Of a stretch of DNA of 64,000 bases, positions 46,356 to 53,213 are shown in pieces. How positions within the stretch are numbered: the first letter of the stretch is position 1; every line of letters starts with the position of its first letter. The translations under genes were made by a program, and so were the position numbers. Below the pieces are notes generated by a model, which saw only the letters and a program-made list of their open reading frames with translations, was not told the origin of the DNA and searched no databases. Source of the DNA: Bacteroides sp. (GTDB taxonomy: Bacteria; Bacteroidota; Bacteroidia; Bacteroidales; Muribaculaceae); the NCBI GenBank assembly GCA_014802425.1, contig JAAVCH010000003.1, positions 22,372 through 86,371 of the forward strand. The letters are read 5' to 3'.

Positions 46356-46646
46356 TCAGGCCTTCTGATATACTTCTTCATAGTCGGTGAAGTATTTACG
46401 GATGCGGTCAGCCTGAGAGCGCAGGAGATTTGTGAAGCGAAATGATTTCTTCACTCTCTCTATGCCGTAGTCATCCATCAGATGGCCGAGACTGGCGTTG
46501 AGGAAAACAGTAGAGACTGCATCAAGCCCGATCATGTCAAAATTAAGTTTCTCCCCCCGGTCAATAAGGGGGCGGGCATCGGTGTAAAGCCTGTCGCCGG
46601 CTTTTGCATAGTCGTTATAACGGTCTATGTACTCCTTGATTATCAT
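46356..46646 (-). CDS. STAS-like domain protein (DUF4325-like)
   Basis: GDRLY...FDMIGLDAVSTVFLNASLGHL pattern, 96 aa. Confidence 0.7.
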   Translation of the reverse strand: MIIKEYIDRYNDYAKAGDRLYTDARPLIDRGEKLNFDMIGLDAVSTVFLNASLGHLMDDYGIERVKKSFRFTNLLRSQADRIRKYFTDYEEVYQKA

Positions 46647-46661
46647 AATAACGCCGGAGGA

Positions 46662-47060
46662 TTATGGAACCTTGACGAGGTGGAGGCCAAATGTATCAGT
46701 GCCATTCGCTTTGCCTTCTACACTCAAGGTGAATTCATATTTGCCTTCACGTGGCAACAGGACAGGTACATCATTGAGGACCACATTCAGAAGACCCTCC
46801 CCGATGGGATTGCGGGCTTCAATGTCAATGGGATTATCTATGTCAAGGACCTTTATTCCGGTAGCAACCTCGGAGGCTTCTATCTTAATTATAGACGGCC
46901 CACATTCCTCTTTTTCAAATCTGATGCGGGCAGCGATGCTGATGGATAGAGGTGCAGGTGCAGTGTTTTGCACGGAGATAACATCGTATGCTCCAATCAC
47001 CATGAGTTTATTCTCATAACATTGCACTCTGTCGCAAAGGGTGAAGATGTCTGTATGCAT
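46662..47060 (-). CDS. Beta-sandwich hypothetical protein (DUF6941-like)
   Basis: LCD...KLMVIGAYD N-terminus, PREGKYEFTLSVEG C-terminus. Confidence 0.6.
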   Translation of the reverse strand: MHTDIFTLCDRVQCYENKLMVIGAYDVISVQNTAPAPLSISIAARIRFEKEECGPSIIKIEASEVATGIKVLDIDNPIDIEARNPIGEGLLNVVLNDVPVLLPREGKYEFTLSVEGKANGTDTFGLHLVKVP

Positions 47061-47504
47061 TTATTTTAATTTTTTAGGTTCGTCGGAAGTGGAGGTCATC
47101 CCGAGCAGTGCGAGGTGGCCTTGCCACGGTGTTTGTATTTTCGCAAGGGTATGGATGGGGCAGTCAACGACAGTGGCGCCGTGCCTGTGCGACACCCCTT
47201 CTTTCGGGCTGCCACCCAAAAGGTCTCTCATACCTGCTACGTGGAGGCGTATGGCATCGGCTTTCAGGACATCACCGACAGTTCTGAAAATAGGAAGATT
47301 TTCACGTGCCCGGATTTCCTCTTCAGAAAGACCTATTTCTTCTATCACCTCCACGCTGCAGTTACGGTCCAGTGAGTATGAGACCATGTTCTTTTTAGTT
47401 ATTTCGTGCTTTTGTAGAGACCTTTTCTTAAATTCGATCTTTCGCGCAATGATTTTTGTTTTCTGGCCCTCGACCATGTCGCCAGGATTTATATGTTCAC
47501 TCAT
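47061..47504 (-). CDS. Hypothetical protein, 147 aa
   Basis: Start MSEHINPG overlaps upstream stop by 8 bp; its stop abuts the next ATG. Confidence 0.6.
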   Translation of the reverse strand: MSEHINPGDMVEGQKTKIIARKIEFKKRSLQKHEITKKNMVSYSLDRNCSVEVIEEIGLSEEEIRARENLPIFRTVGDVLKADAIRLHVAGMRDLLGGSPKEGVSHRHGATVVDCPIHTLAKIQTPWQGHLALLGMTSTSDEPKKLK

Positions 47505-47970
47505 TTTTTCCGAGAGCTTTGATGATGGAAGCCGTATTGATGGAGAAAAGTTCCCGGAAGTCGTCCTCCGTCTCGATGTCGAGAAGACCATCGGTGAGCC
47601 GGGCGGCGATACAGACATTTTCTTCCGGGATTGCATCCTGGAATGTAATGACGTAGCGGTCTTCGTTTTCGATTATTTCCCGGTCGAACTCCTCCTCAGT
47701 TATCTCGCCTTCGGCAAGTCGGAGGCACAGATTTGCGTAATTTCTTTCACGAGTCCTGTTATTGACTGCTATGCGCAGGAATTGTTTCTCGATTTGCCAT
47801 GCGTGCACGGGGATATCGAGAGTAGCGGATTTTACGGCAGAGGTTCTCATACGCAGATATGTATTATCAGTCTTATACAGGGTCTCATGGTGGATCTCAT
47901 ACTTAAATGACACTCCACAGTTCGGCGCATCACTATTTGTCCATGCGCTATTGGTATTCAGGGTTGACAT
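47497..47970 (-). CDS. Hypothetical protein, 157 aa
   Basis: First gene of a tightly coupled 4-gene run; GEITEEEF SHOCT-like motif. Confidence 0.65.
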   Translation of the reverse strand: MSTLNTNSAWTNSDAPNCGVSFKYEIHHETLYKTDNTYLRMRTSAVKSATLDIPVHAWQIEKQFLRIAVNNRTRERNYANLCLRLAEGEITEEEFDREIIENEDRYVITFQDAIPEENVCIAARLTDGLLDIETEDDFRELFSINTASIIKALGKNE

Positions 47971-48081
47971 AATGCTTTTACAAAGTATATGTTTTCAGTT
48001 ACAACGCGGGGAGGAGCAGGATATTACGCGGAGGTATTCACTGTATGTTTTAGAATATAACGCGCGGGGATGGATATCGGG

Positions 48082-48645
48082 TCATTCGGTCTCGAACTGC
48101 ATGCTGAGTTTCTTCGGGAGGTAGCTGCGGCCGTAGTTGTCGTGGATCCACTGTAGGTATTTGCTGAATTCGTCCTGAAGGAATTTCGGATTACATGGAC
48201 GCAGAATCTTCACCCTGCCGCACAGGTAGTCTTCATCGGTATAAATTATACCTACGCATGGTTGAGGTTGGCCGTCACACCATCTACGGTAGCTGTCAAG
48301 TTCGTCAGCGGGAATGTAACCGAGTAGGCGCCCGGATTCGTTGTAAATGCCCATAGCGTTTTTATCGACTTTATTTGAGGGGTCGTTGGCTACCCATCCG
48401 GAGAATCCCCCTACCTCATCCCTGTTGTTGTGAAAAGTAACTCCCGCAATTTTAGTATACCATTCATCTTCGCGGGGGTTGCCGTCACGGTTAAGCATCC
48501 TGATGGCGGGCTTGCGAGCGTACTTATCGGGTTCACGGCGATTTGAACGAGAGGATCGGAGGTTCTTCTGGTTGTCTTTGGGTTTCCCTCCTGCGAAGCA
48601 AAAAATCAGGAGCGCAATTACTGCTATTACGACAAATGTTGTCAT
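48082..48645 (-). CDS. HIRAN-domain protein with N-terminal membrane anchor
   Basis: Hydrophobic N-terminus; IAGVTFH, DPSNKVDKNAM, LGYIP HIRAN motifs. Confidence 0.8.
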   Translation of the reverse strand: MTTFVVIAVIALLIFCFAGGKPKDNQKNLRSSRSNRREPDKYARKPAIRMLNRDGNPREDEWYTKIAGVTFHNNRDEVGGFSGWVANDPSNKVDKNAMGIYNESGRLLGYIPADELDSYRRWCDGQPQPCVGIIYTDEDYLCGRVKILRPCNPKFLQDEFSKYLQWIHDNYGRSYLPKKLSMQFETE

Positions 48646-48663
48646 GGTCGGGTATTTTAAGGG

Positions 48664-48765
48664 TTATGAGATGGACTGTGATATGACGCGGAGAGCGAGG
48701 TATATGCAGCGGATGTCGGCGAGCTGCACGGTTTCGGTGCCCGGGTAATCGGGATTGTCGGAGCA
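48664..48765 (-). pseudogene. Orphan C-terminal fragment of an S24 (CI/LexA-type) repressor
   Basis: Translates as CSDNPDYPGTETVQLADIRCIYLALRVISQSIS-stop; no in-frame start. Confidence 0.65.
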
Positions 48766-48771
48766 TCAGCA

Positions 48772-49722
48772 TCATAGGAGTTCGCGTAGTTCTGGCTCAA
48801 GAATTATTCGTATGGGATGGCCTTCGGCCTGCATGGCATATATCTTTTCGAGCTTTTTTGGACCGGCACCCTCCCCCACTATTACGAGATCGGTCTTTTT
48901 CGATATAGAGGAGACTATCTTGGAGCCGTAGCTCTGGAGGAGCTTTGCGAGGTCGTTGCGCTCGGGATAGGATTCGAATACTCCGGTTATGAGTACGGTG
49001 GCGCCATAGAAGACGGTGGACTTGTCGGAGATCTGCGAGTCGTCGAGTTTTTTTCGGTATTCCTTGTCGAGCGTACGGCTTCCCTTAGAAGAGAATATTT
49101 CCTTTAAGGAACCGGTGGCCTGTTCTATTATGGGAAGGCCGATGGAGTGCAGGTATATTCTGGCACATGCTTCGGCGTCGCACAGGGCATTGTGGTGATT
49201 CGGGAGGTGGATGCCGAATTTCTTACAGCAGTCGACGAGCGACATGCCTGTGAGCTGGTAGGTGCAGATATTGTTGGATGTGTCGATTCCTGAGAGCCCG
49301 AAGTATTCCATCATTCTTTCCAGGATCAGAATATCGACGCTACGGTTGTGGCATACTATGGGGAGGGTGCCGATGAAGTCTTTGACGAACCTGAACATTT
49401 CGCTGAAATCTAGAGCCTTTTCGGCCTCGGCAAGAGGTATGCCGTGGATGCGGAAGTTTAGTTCCTTTTCGGTATCCCGATCTCTGATTGGATTTATGAG
49501 GGAGTAGAATCGCTGGGCGATGACGCCGTCGATGACACGCACCATGCCGATTGCGCATGCGGATGTGCGTTGCGGTGACATGGTTTCAAAATCTATGGCC
49601 ACGAAGTCATCGTAAGGATTGTCGTTCATCGGGCGGCGTTTCGGAGGGAAGAGAGCTCGTGAGGAGGCTTCGAAGTCATCAGGATCGTCGGGAACACCTA
49701 CGTAATATTCAATATCAGTCAT
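48772..49722 (-). CDS. DEDDh 3'-5' exonuclease (DnaQ-like) with C-terminal BRCT domain
   Basis: AIDFET, CHN..VD, HHNALCDA; BRCT ITGVF...SISKKTDLVIVG..AGPKK. Confidence 0.88.
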   Translation of the reverse strand: MTDIEYYVGVPDDPDDFEASSRALFPPKRRPMNDNPYDDFVAIDFETMSPQRTSACAIGMVRVIDGVIAQRFYSLINPIRDRDTEKELNFRIHGIPLAEAEKALDFSEMFRFVKDFIGTLPIVCHNRSVDILILERMMEYFGLSGIDTSNNICTYQLTGMSLVDCCKKFGIHLPNHHNALCDAEACARIYLHSIGLPIIEQATGSLKEIFSSKGSRTLDKEYRKKLDDSQISDKSTVFYGATVLITGVFESYPERNDLAKLLQSYGSKIVSSISKKTDLVIVGEGAGPKKLEKIYAMQAEGHPIRIILEPELRELL

Positions 49723-50275
49723 TGTTAAGATCAAATAAATTTTCGGGGTATGTTACGGGAGATAAGGATATGAGAACGGTCTGTTTCTGATTGTCGGCAA
49801 GGTCTGCGATGTGAGGTTTTGCCATAAGATGCGGTGTATGGCCATTATATGAATCAAAGTCATACGAAAGGAGCCGACCTCCATATTCCACTTCGAGTCT
49901 CACCGGGAATTCGGTATGGTTCTTAAGATTTCCCTCTTTGCCTTTCGTCCAGGTGTTGAGCACCAGTGTGTTGATTATATCTCTGGAGATTAGGGGTATA
50001 TCTACGACGCCGTCCCCGCAGGAAACAGGAAGGTATTGAGTCCGGACTAATTTCAGGATGGACTGCTCTTTCTTGTCCGGACGATTGATGGAGTGATAAT
50101 GGATGGAGACTTTTGCCAACTGGTTTATTTCGGAAGACTCGAAATAAAGGTGGGCGCTATGGCAGTAAGTTTCCATTTCAGAGACATTCTTACCAAAGGA
50201 TTTGTGCCAGACCGTGGAGATATACGGATATGTGGCTTCAGGTATGATATTTCCTTTTAGGTCGAGGATGATCAT
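49715..50275 (-). CDS. Hypothetical protein, 186 aa
   Basis: Follows the repressor; 8-bp overlap with the exonuclease start. Confidence 0.65.
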   Translation of the reverse strand: MIILDLKGNIIPEATYPYISTVWHKSFGKNVSEMETYCHSAHLYFESSEINQLAKVSIHYHSINRPDKKEQSILKLVRTQYLPVSCGDGVVDIPLISRDIINTLVLNTWTKGKEGNLKNHTEFPVRLEVEYGGRLLSYDFDSYNGHTPHLMAKPHIADLADNQKQTVLISLSPVTYPENLFDLNND

Positions 50276-50294
50276 GATGTAAGGGTTTTAGGGA

Positions 50295-50933
50295 TTACAT
50301 GGTGCGGATGAGGCCGACGACACGGGAGATGGACAGGACTTCGGATACGGGGACGGCGAAATCGGGATGGGCCGGATTGAGGGAGTGGAGGATGAGGTTG
50401 CCTTCGCGCGCGCTGCGGATTATCTTGACCACCGGGCCGCCCGCGCGGTCGATGACGCATATTTTGCCGACCGGGGGGTTGGCCCTGTCGGTCTCGATGC
50501 GGCAGGCCAGAGTGTCGCCATCGTCGATAAGGGGAGTCATTGAGTCACCGGAGACAGATATGGTGAAGTCATACTCAGGCAGGTCGGCGCCTAAGGCCCG
50601 GAGCTCGGGTGCTGATTCCGGGTCGGAAATGGTAGCGGTGAAACCGGCTGATACAGAAGCGGCGAAATGAGGACGCATGGATGCGTCAGGGATTTCCATC
50701 TGCCCGGTCCCTTTTACAAGCCAATCTTTGCTAATCAAGTCAGAATACGCATCGGCGATTCTACGTAATGTCCCTTCAGTGATGCGAGCATAATTACCAT
50801 TTAGTGCGGCTGTCACATTAGGCCTTGTTAGACCTGCACGCTCCGCAATTTCCTCATGACTTCGAGCCATTCCATTATCTTTCAGATATTCAATAGCTTG
50901 GATTAATCTTTGATATGCTTCGTCTTTATTCAT
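50295..50933 (-). CDS. cI: CI-like phage repressor (XRE HTH plus S24 autopeptidase)
   Basis: HEEIAERAGLTRPNVT HTH, VSAG cleavage site, VSGDSM Ser, VVK Lys, LHSLNP. Confidence 0.92.
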   Translation of the reverse strand: MNKDEAYQRLIQAIEYLKDNGMARSHEEIAERAGLTRPNVTAALNGNYARITEGTLRRIADAYSDLISKDWLVKGTGQMEIPDASMRPHFAASVSAGFTATISDPESAPELRALGADLPEYDFTISVSGDSMTPLIDDGDTLACRIETDRANPPVGKICVIDRAGGPVVKIIRSAREGNLILHSLNPAHPDFAVPVSEVLSISRVVGLIRTM

Positions 50934-50952
50934 GTGTTAAAAATTGTTTATA

Positions 50953-50998
50953 TGATACATATTTGTATCATTTTATTTTGTGATACAAATATGTATCA
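50953..50998. promoter_or_regulatory. Two palindromic operators
   Basis: TGATACA-TATT-TGTATCA (50953-50970) and its exact reverse complement TGATACA-AATA-TGTATCA (50981-50998). Confidence 0.8.
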
Positions 50999-51007
50999 TT
51001 ACCTTTG
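50977..51007 (+). promoter_or_regulatory. Rightward early promoter
   Basis: TTTG-N19-TACCTTTG Bacteroidetes consensus; operator 2 fills the spacer. Confidence 0.75.
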
Positions 51008-51036
51008 CACCCGAAACCAACCAACCAACTTCCCCA

Positions 51037-51068
51037 CAAATATAATGCGGAAAGTTGGATTGGGCAAA
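51037..51068 (-). promoter_or_regulatory. Leftward (cI) promoter
   Basis: Minus strand TTTG-N20-TATATTTG. Confidence 0.7.
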
Positions 51069-51083
51069 CATAAGGAATTAAAT

Positions 51084-51923
51084 ATGGAAAGACAGGAAAT
51101 GAAGGATAGGGGCCCGGGAGGAGGGAGTCGTAAGAAAGTCAGCGGTAAGCCGGAGGATTACGAGGCATTTGTGGAGAAGTTCAGGCCGAAGAAGACGACG
51201 GATGACTGCTATACGCCGGAGGAGGTGTATGAGGCCGTGGTGGAATGGGTGGATGAGAACATCATGCCGCTGGAGGGGAGGCCGATTGTGCGTCCGTTCT
51301 GGCCGGGGGGTGATTATGAGAATCATCCGTATCCGGAGGGGTGCATCGTGATTGATAATCCGCCTTTCTCGTGCCTGGCGAAGATCCGGAGGTTCTTTCA
51401 TAGCCGGGGGATAAAGTATTTCCTTTTTGCACCGGCCTTGACAGTGGCAAGCTCGGCAATGGAGCTGGCTCCAGAGACATGCTTCATTTTGGCCAACGGT
51501 GATATTGTCTACGAGAACGGTGCGGTGGTGCGGACGTCGTTCGTCACCAATCTCGATTGCGGAGGGACGGGGGTATGGATCGCCGGGGATTTACACCGGA
51601 AGGTGTCCGAGGCTTCCGATAGGGCCGCCAAACAAAAGAGGGCTGAGCTTCCGAAATATGCCTATCCTGATACGGTGCTGTCGGGAGCGCTGGCGGGGAG
51701 GATTGCCACGCGGGGGATATCATTGAGGATTCCGCGCGAGGAGACTGCAATCATCGGCCGGATCGATGCGAATAAATCGGGGGTCTACGGTGGCGGCTGG
51801 CTCATATCGGAGCGTGCGGCGGCTGAGCGTGCGGCGGCTGAGCGTGCGGCGGCAAGGAGAGTTACATTCTTTGAGCTGAGCCAGAGGGAGATGGAAATTG
51901 TCAGGGGGTTAGAGAGCAAATAA
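51084..51923 (+). CDS. Phage DNA amino-methyltransferase-like protein
   Basis: DDCYTP and IDNPPFS motifs; AERAA repeat near C-terminus; start at MERQEM (51084). Confidence 0.75.
   Translation: MERQEMKDRGPGGGSRKKVSGKPEDYEAFVEKFRPKKTTDDCYTPEEVYEAVVEWVDENIMPLEGRPIVRPFWPGGDYENHPYPEGCIVIDNPPFSCLAKIRRFFHSRGIKYFLFAPALTVASSAMELAPETCFILANGDIVYENGAVVRTSFVTNLDCGGTGVWIAGDLHRKVSEASDRAAKQKRAELPKYAYPDTVLSGALAGRIATRGISLRIPREETAIIGRIDANKSGVYGGGWLISERAAAERAAAERAAARRVTFFELSQREMEIVRGLESK
51810..51854 (+). repeat. In-frame 15-bp tandem repeat x3
   Basis: GAGCGTGCGGCGGC(T/A) three times, encoding ERAAA. Confidence 0.9.
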
Positions 51924-51966
51924 CCCGGAAGCATAGATCTCCGGGACCGAAATTTGGATTTTCCAT
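51901..51966 (-). pseudogene. 21-aa counter-oriented ORF, probably a truncated moron gene
   Basis: MENPNFGPGDLCFRVICSLTP with AT-rich UTR and promoter TTTG-N20-TATATTCG at 52024-51993. Confidence 0.4.
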
Positions 51967-52005
51967 ATCTATAAAATTTAAAATTAGCACTGCGAATATA
52001 ACCCA

Positions 52006-52082
52006 AATCCCCGGATGCACCAAATCATTTTTCTCATATCCATAAAATAGATTTAAAGTTAGCACCTTTGCGTCCGGGGATT
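52006..52082 (+). ncRNA. Candidate antisense-loop hairpin RNA 1
   Basis: 14-bp stem AATCCCCGGATGCA/TGCGTCCGGGGATT with a G-U pair on plus strand; loop copies 51959-51990. Confidence 0.55.
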
Positions 52083-52092
52083 ATTTACGATT

Positions 52093-52200
52093 ATGATCAA
52101 CCTGCTCTACATTGACCTCTTCTGCGGCGCCATACATAGCGAGGGCTCCGCACTCTTCCGACGACAGGAGAACTACGGAAAATCCGATGATATAGAATGA
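52093..52200 (+). pseudogene. N-terminal stub of a C5-cytosine DNA methyltransferase
   Basis: MINLLYIDLFCGA (motif I), then unrelated sequence and a stop after 35 aa. Confidence 0.6.
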
Positions 52201-52354
52201 TTAATATGTTTGTGCATTTATTCAACGTGACGGGGCGCTCACGGCAAGAGAGCCGGAGTGTCCGGAAGGACTTGAAGCTCCATATTGATAATTAGGCTGA
52301 CAGTGAGCCGGCGTCGGGATGACGCCGCAGTCAGGTAATTCAAAGTAAGTGACA

Positions 52355-52424
52355 GCCGGCGTAGCCTGCCCGTGAGGGCGCGGCGATAGCGGAAAATGCG
52401 GGATCGACGCCCGCCGCCGGCACC
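52355..52424 (+). ncRNA. tRNA-like element 1
   Basis: 7-bp acceptor GCCGGCG/CGCCGGC, UA linker, one long arm, T arm GCGGG-ATCGACG-CCCGC, ends ACC. Confidence 0.65.
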
Positions 52425-52445
52425 GATTTCAAACCGATTAAACAA

Positions 52446-52808
52446 ATGATTAAACAAATGATTATGGACGGATATATCGACGGGCTCTCTCCTGAATCAG
52501 CCCGGAAGATTGTGGAGACGGCCTATCCGGATGCGGCGAAGCTGCTGGCCACCGTGAAGGAGATCAAGGGAAATTACGGGCTGCCGGCATTCATGCTTGC
52601 ATCCAGTCTCGCATCGACAGGATTCATTTCTTCAAACAGCACGGCTTTCAGCGTCATGAGGGACGTTGTGGTCCGTGGTGTGGAGAAAGTCTTAAAGGAA
52701 TGGGCCCATGGCGGAGATATAGCCGGGGTCGGAGTAAACGGACGCCATGAGGGAAAGGACTTCGTTATTGAGGTCCGTTTCAGAGAGGTCTCCACGAGTG
52801 ATGAGTGA
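52446..52808 (+). CDS. Hypothetical phage protein
   Basis: 120-aa ORF after tRNA-like element 1; start ambiguous because of a 12-bp tandem duplication. Confidence 0.55.
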   Translation: MIKQMIMDGYIDGLSPESARKIVETAYPDAAKLLATVKEIKGNYGLPAFMLASSLASTGFISSNSTAFSVMRDVVVRGVEKVLKEWAHGGDIAGVGVNGRHEGKDFVIEVRFREVSTSDE

Positions 52809-53048
52809 TGAAGCGAGGTCCTGGACACTTATTGCAAATGTGGCGCAGTCGCCTGTGGGAATGAATTCGGATCCATAGGCCGAGGCTATGGCAATTGCCT
52901 GAGGGTTTAAGACGGGCGGGTTTATTCCGAAAAGCACGGGGACATATTTCTCCCCTTTCAGGTTGGCAAGTGCATGAAGAAGGACTTGGGCCTTGGCCAC
53001 ATTGTACCAGTCTCGCTGCATGAGCATGGCAAGATCAATTTTTCTCAT
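52692..53048 (-). CDS. Counter-oriented hypothetical protein (moron-like), 118 aa
   Basis: ATG with AT-rich UTR; promoter-like TTTG-N20-TGGCTTTG at 53108-53077; start region is copied in the adjacent hairpin loop. Confidence 0.55.
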   Translation of the reverse strand: MRKIDLAMLMQRDWYNVAKAQVLLHALANLKGEKYVPVLFGINPPVLNPQAIAIASAYGSEFIPTGDCATFAISVQDLASSLITRGDLSETDLNNEVLSLMASVYSDPGYISAMGPFL

Positions 53049-53088
53049 TGTGGGAAGTATTTAAGGTTTGGCAATACAAAGCCAATAC

Positions 53089-53153
53089 AATCGTCCGGGA
53101 GCTGCAAATCTCATTTGGGATAAGGTTTGGCGACCATGGGCTTCCGGGCGATT
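53089..53153 (+). ncRNA. Candidate antisense-loop hairpin RNA 2
   Basis: 15-bp stem AATCGTCCGGGAGCT/GGCTTCCGGGCGATT with three G-U pairs on plus strand; loop copies 53043-53072. Confidence 0.6.
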
Positions 53154-53213
53154 TTAAATGATTTAGTAAAGTTTTAATAAAAATGAGTAAGGAAGGAAAA
53201 TAAATCGAGGTCA

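Noticed and set aside
48533-48775. 80-aa ORF MMLMLRQSRL... from the ORF track
   Set aside because: Overlaps the HIRAN gene start out of frame; better explained as the frameshifted S24 relic.
50910-51083. Upstream extensions of ORF-track starts (here, and for ligA, dus, U32, primase, VRR-NUC, HNH)
   Set aside because: Extensions run through promoters, repeats or neighbouring genes; downstream ATGs fit the family N-termini.
52296-52335. CTGA...hairpin as a hammerhead ribozyme
   Set aside because: The CUGAnGA and GAAA core is not present.
52385-52397. Linker of tRNA-like element 1 (GATAGCGGAAAAT) resembles the start of minus ORF 1 (GATATGGAAAAT)
   Set aside because: Element 2 shows no equivalent match to its neighbouring gene; likely coincidence.
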